From: Candidatus Latescibacterota bacterium
GTDB taxonomy: Bacteria > Latescibacterota > UBA2968 > GCA-2709665
Direction: 5' to 3'
DNA: 64,000 nt
NCBI GenBank assembly: GCA_965222075.1
Contig: OZ244937.1
Location: 576,001-640,000, forward strand
Positions 62,322 to 64,000 of the stretch are shown piece after piece. Positions within the stretch are counted from its first letter, which is position 1; each line of letters begins with the position of its first letter. The position numbers were made by a program, and so were the translations under genes. Under the pieces are notes generated by a model. That model saw nothing but the letters and a program-made list of their open reading frames with translations. It was not told the DNA's origin and did not search any database.

Positions 62322-63008
62322 TTACTTTGCCTTCTGTAGATTGAAGCTGTATCCTACGCCTCTGACGGTCGTGATGGCTTTTCCCATTTCACCGAGTTTG
62401 GATCTGAGACGGCGGATGTGAACGTCTATGGTACGTACGCCGCCGTAGTAATCATAGTCCCAGATGCTGTCTAAGAGGTCGGCGCGCGTGAAGACGCGTC
62501 CCTGGTGGGTGATCAGGTGTTTGAGGAGTTCGTATTCTTTCAGGGTCAGGACAATAACAACCCCCTTTACCCGGACTTCGTACCGCACAAGGTTGATGAC
62601 CAGGTCGCCGACCTTGAAGATATGTTCATCGTCCGGCCTGTGCCACAGCGCCAGACGGAGGCGGGCCTCTATTTCTCCAGGGCTGTAAGGTTTGAAGATA
62701 AAGTCGTCAATACCAAGTGAGAAGTCCAGGTTGAGCGCGGTTGTTTCGTCGGCAACCACCAGGAGGGGTGCCTTCCGGGTCTGGCTGTGCTGCCGCAGGT
62801 ATTGTACGGTTTGGGCCAGGGTGTCGACCGGGGTTTCCAGGTCGATCACGATCAGATTGACCTGGTCTGTGATGGGATTGTCCAACTCCAGGGGGCGTTC
62901 CGGGTTGTCTATTCCAAGCAGGTGCTGGACCGTGTGCCCGATGTATTCCAGGTCCGATTTCAACTTTGCGCCGTGGGTCTCGTCGGCCAGCAGAAGGATG
63001 TTGGGCAT
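62322..63008 (-). CDS. OmpR-family response regulator (GlnR-like wHTH)
   Basis: DDFIFKPY, LTLKEYELL, DYYGGVRTIDVHIRRLRSKLG, TVRGVGY. Confidence 0.9.
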   Translation of the reverse strand: MPNILLLADETHGAKLKSDLEYIGHTVQHLLGIDNPERPLELDNPITDQVNLIVIDLETPVDTLAQTVQYLRQHSQTRKAPLLVVADETTALNLDFSLGIDDFIFKPYSPGEIEARLRLALWHRPDDEHIFKVGDLVINLVRYEVRVKGVVIVLTLKEYELLKHLITHQGRVFTRADLLDSIWDYDYYGGVRTIDVHIRRLRSKLGEMGKAITTVRGVGYSFNLQKAK

Positions 63009-63108
63009 AAGCCATTTGCACTGGGTCGAGGGTTGGTCTCTGCCTCTGGGGGAGGAGGGACAGAGGGAGGGGTATAAAGGGGGCTGAGCGCTCCACCCAC
63101 GTGTGCAA

Positions 63109-63136
63109 AGTATAGCGTTCAGGTCCGGTTTGTCAA
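63109..63136 (-). promoter_or_regulatory. Putative sigma70 promoter of the response regulator
   Basis: Minus TTGACA-N16-TATACT. Confidence 0.6.
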
Positions 63137-63196
63137 GGGATATCTGCCCTCTGGTCCGATGCCCGGGACGGTTTGGAGGGCCGAAAATAAGAGGTG

Positions 63197-63239
63197 AAAA
63201 AGAGGGAGCTGAAGATGTGTACCTTCAACTCCCTCTTTT
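63197..63239 (-). terminator. Strong hairpin with T-run
   Basis: Minus AAAAGAGGGAGTTGAAG-gtacacat-CTTCAGCTCCCTCTTTTT. Confidence 0.7.
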
Positions 63240-63254
63240 ATTTCCCACAGTAAT

Positions 63255-63357
63255 AATATAACAAAAAACCGCCAAAAAGTCAAGCATATAAATTACTTAT
63301 AAACAGATGTTTATACAATAATTTTTCGTTGACTTTATACGTTGGATAACTTATCTT
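63255..63357. promoter_or_regulatory. Divergent sigma70 promoters
   Basis: Minus TTGACT-N17-TATATT (63283-63255); plus TTGACT-N17-TATCTT (63329-63357). Confidence 0.62.
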
Positions 63358-63422
63358 TTATCGTCTGAGAACGGGCAGGTAGCCCGGAACGTGACCGTCG
63401 GTTTCTCTCATAAGGAGGGCGT

Positions 63423-64000
63423 ATGGTTCAGGAAACGCTTGCTGGTACGCAGCAGAGATGCGAGGTGTGCGGGGCGGATATTTCCGAGGTGCGTCTGAAG
63501 GTGGTGCCAAACGTGCGGACCTGCATCACGTGTCAGAGAAAGCTGGAGAAGAAGCCTGGAGATGGTCATCTGAATCGGTCAGGGGCTTCACGGACAACGG
63601 TTACCCAGAGGTCGGACGCCGAAGCGCGCGATACGCTTCAAGTGGAAGGCAGCCAGGTGGTTGTGGGGCGCTGGTCGGGAAATCTTATGGATCTTGTTGC
63701 GCAGGGCGATGCGCTGCGCAACAAGGTGCGGTCGGGGAAGAAAGGGGAGGCCCGGGCGCTGGTCCGGGGCCTGCCGGTGGAGGCGCAGGCGGCGCTGGTG
63801 GCGATGGGCGAAGATCCGGAGGAGCTGCTATCGCTTACCGGGGTGGACGATTCGGGCGGGCCGGCCTACAGCACGCAGGTGGTGGCGATGCTGCCGTCGG
63901 AGCTGCTGTCGGGGTTAATTTCTATCGATGTGGAGGAGAGGAAGTTCAACACGGAGCTGATCCGGGCGATGTCGCCGGAGGCTTTCCGGCGTACGATGGG
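63423..64000 (+). CDS. Protein with N-terminal DksA/TraR C4 zinc finger (runs off window end)
   Basis: TAAGGAGG RBS; manual translation MVQETLAGTQQRCEVCGADISEVRLKVVPNVRTCITCQRKLE..., open to 64000. Not in the ORF track. Confidence 0.75.
   Translation, partial: MVQETLAGTQQRCEVCGADISEVRLKVVPNVRTCITCQRKLEKKPGDGHLNRSGASRTTVTQRSDAEARDTLQVEGSQVVVGRWSGNLMDLVAQGDALRNKVRSGKKGEARALVRGLPVEAQAALVAMGEDPEELLSLTGVDDSGGPAYSTQVVAMLPSELLSGLISIDVEERKFNTELIRAMSPEAFRRTM

Noticed and set aside
1-64000. CRISPR array, tRNA or rRNA genes
   Set aside because: No regularly spaced repeats or recognisable RNA gene seen by eye; the hairpin elements are dispersed. tRNAscan, Infernal or a CRISPR finder would be needed to exclude them formally.

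Overview
GC-rich bacterial chromosomal segment with no rRNA, tRNA or CRISPR array seen. The gene repertoire suggests a diderm, possibly from an uncultured FCB-group lineage (inference only). Bases 1-35 kb are mostly housekeeping and catabolic: partial sbcD, a ComEA-like HhH protein, a TPR/ligand-binding fusion, recG, hflKC, coaE, gcvPA/PB, a group-2 sigma70, ferritin, a FecA-like TonB receptor, glycosyltransferases and an amidase/dimethylformamidase-like/amidohydrolase cluster. Bases 35.1-51.4 kb form a defence island: an IS200 relic, an excisionase-like HTH gene and a type 3 BREX locus (brxF, brxC, pglXI, pglZ, brxA). Its pglXI is split by a 1560-bp ISKra4-like element with an 8-bp target duplication. 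No brxHII helicase is present; that slot holds a translationally coupled PHP-ATPase and a Schlafen/AlbA_2 gene. Bases 51.4-64 kb carry PBP1A, hpt, prpBCD, pdxA, RidA, an OmpR-family regulator and a partial DksA/TraR zinc-finger fusion. The most unusual hidden signal is a dispersed family of 25-33 bp bulged hairpins (CCTGYCT...AGRCAGG). They covary, appear to insert without target duplication, nest inside each other, and sit in-frame in hpt and a secreted peptidase. All calls come from motif recognition by eye; no database searches were run.
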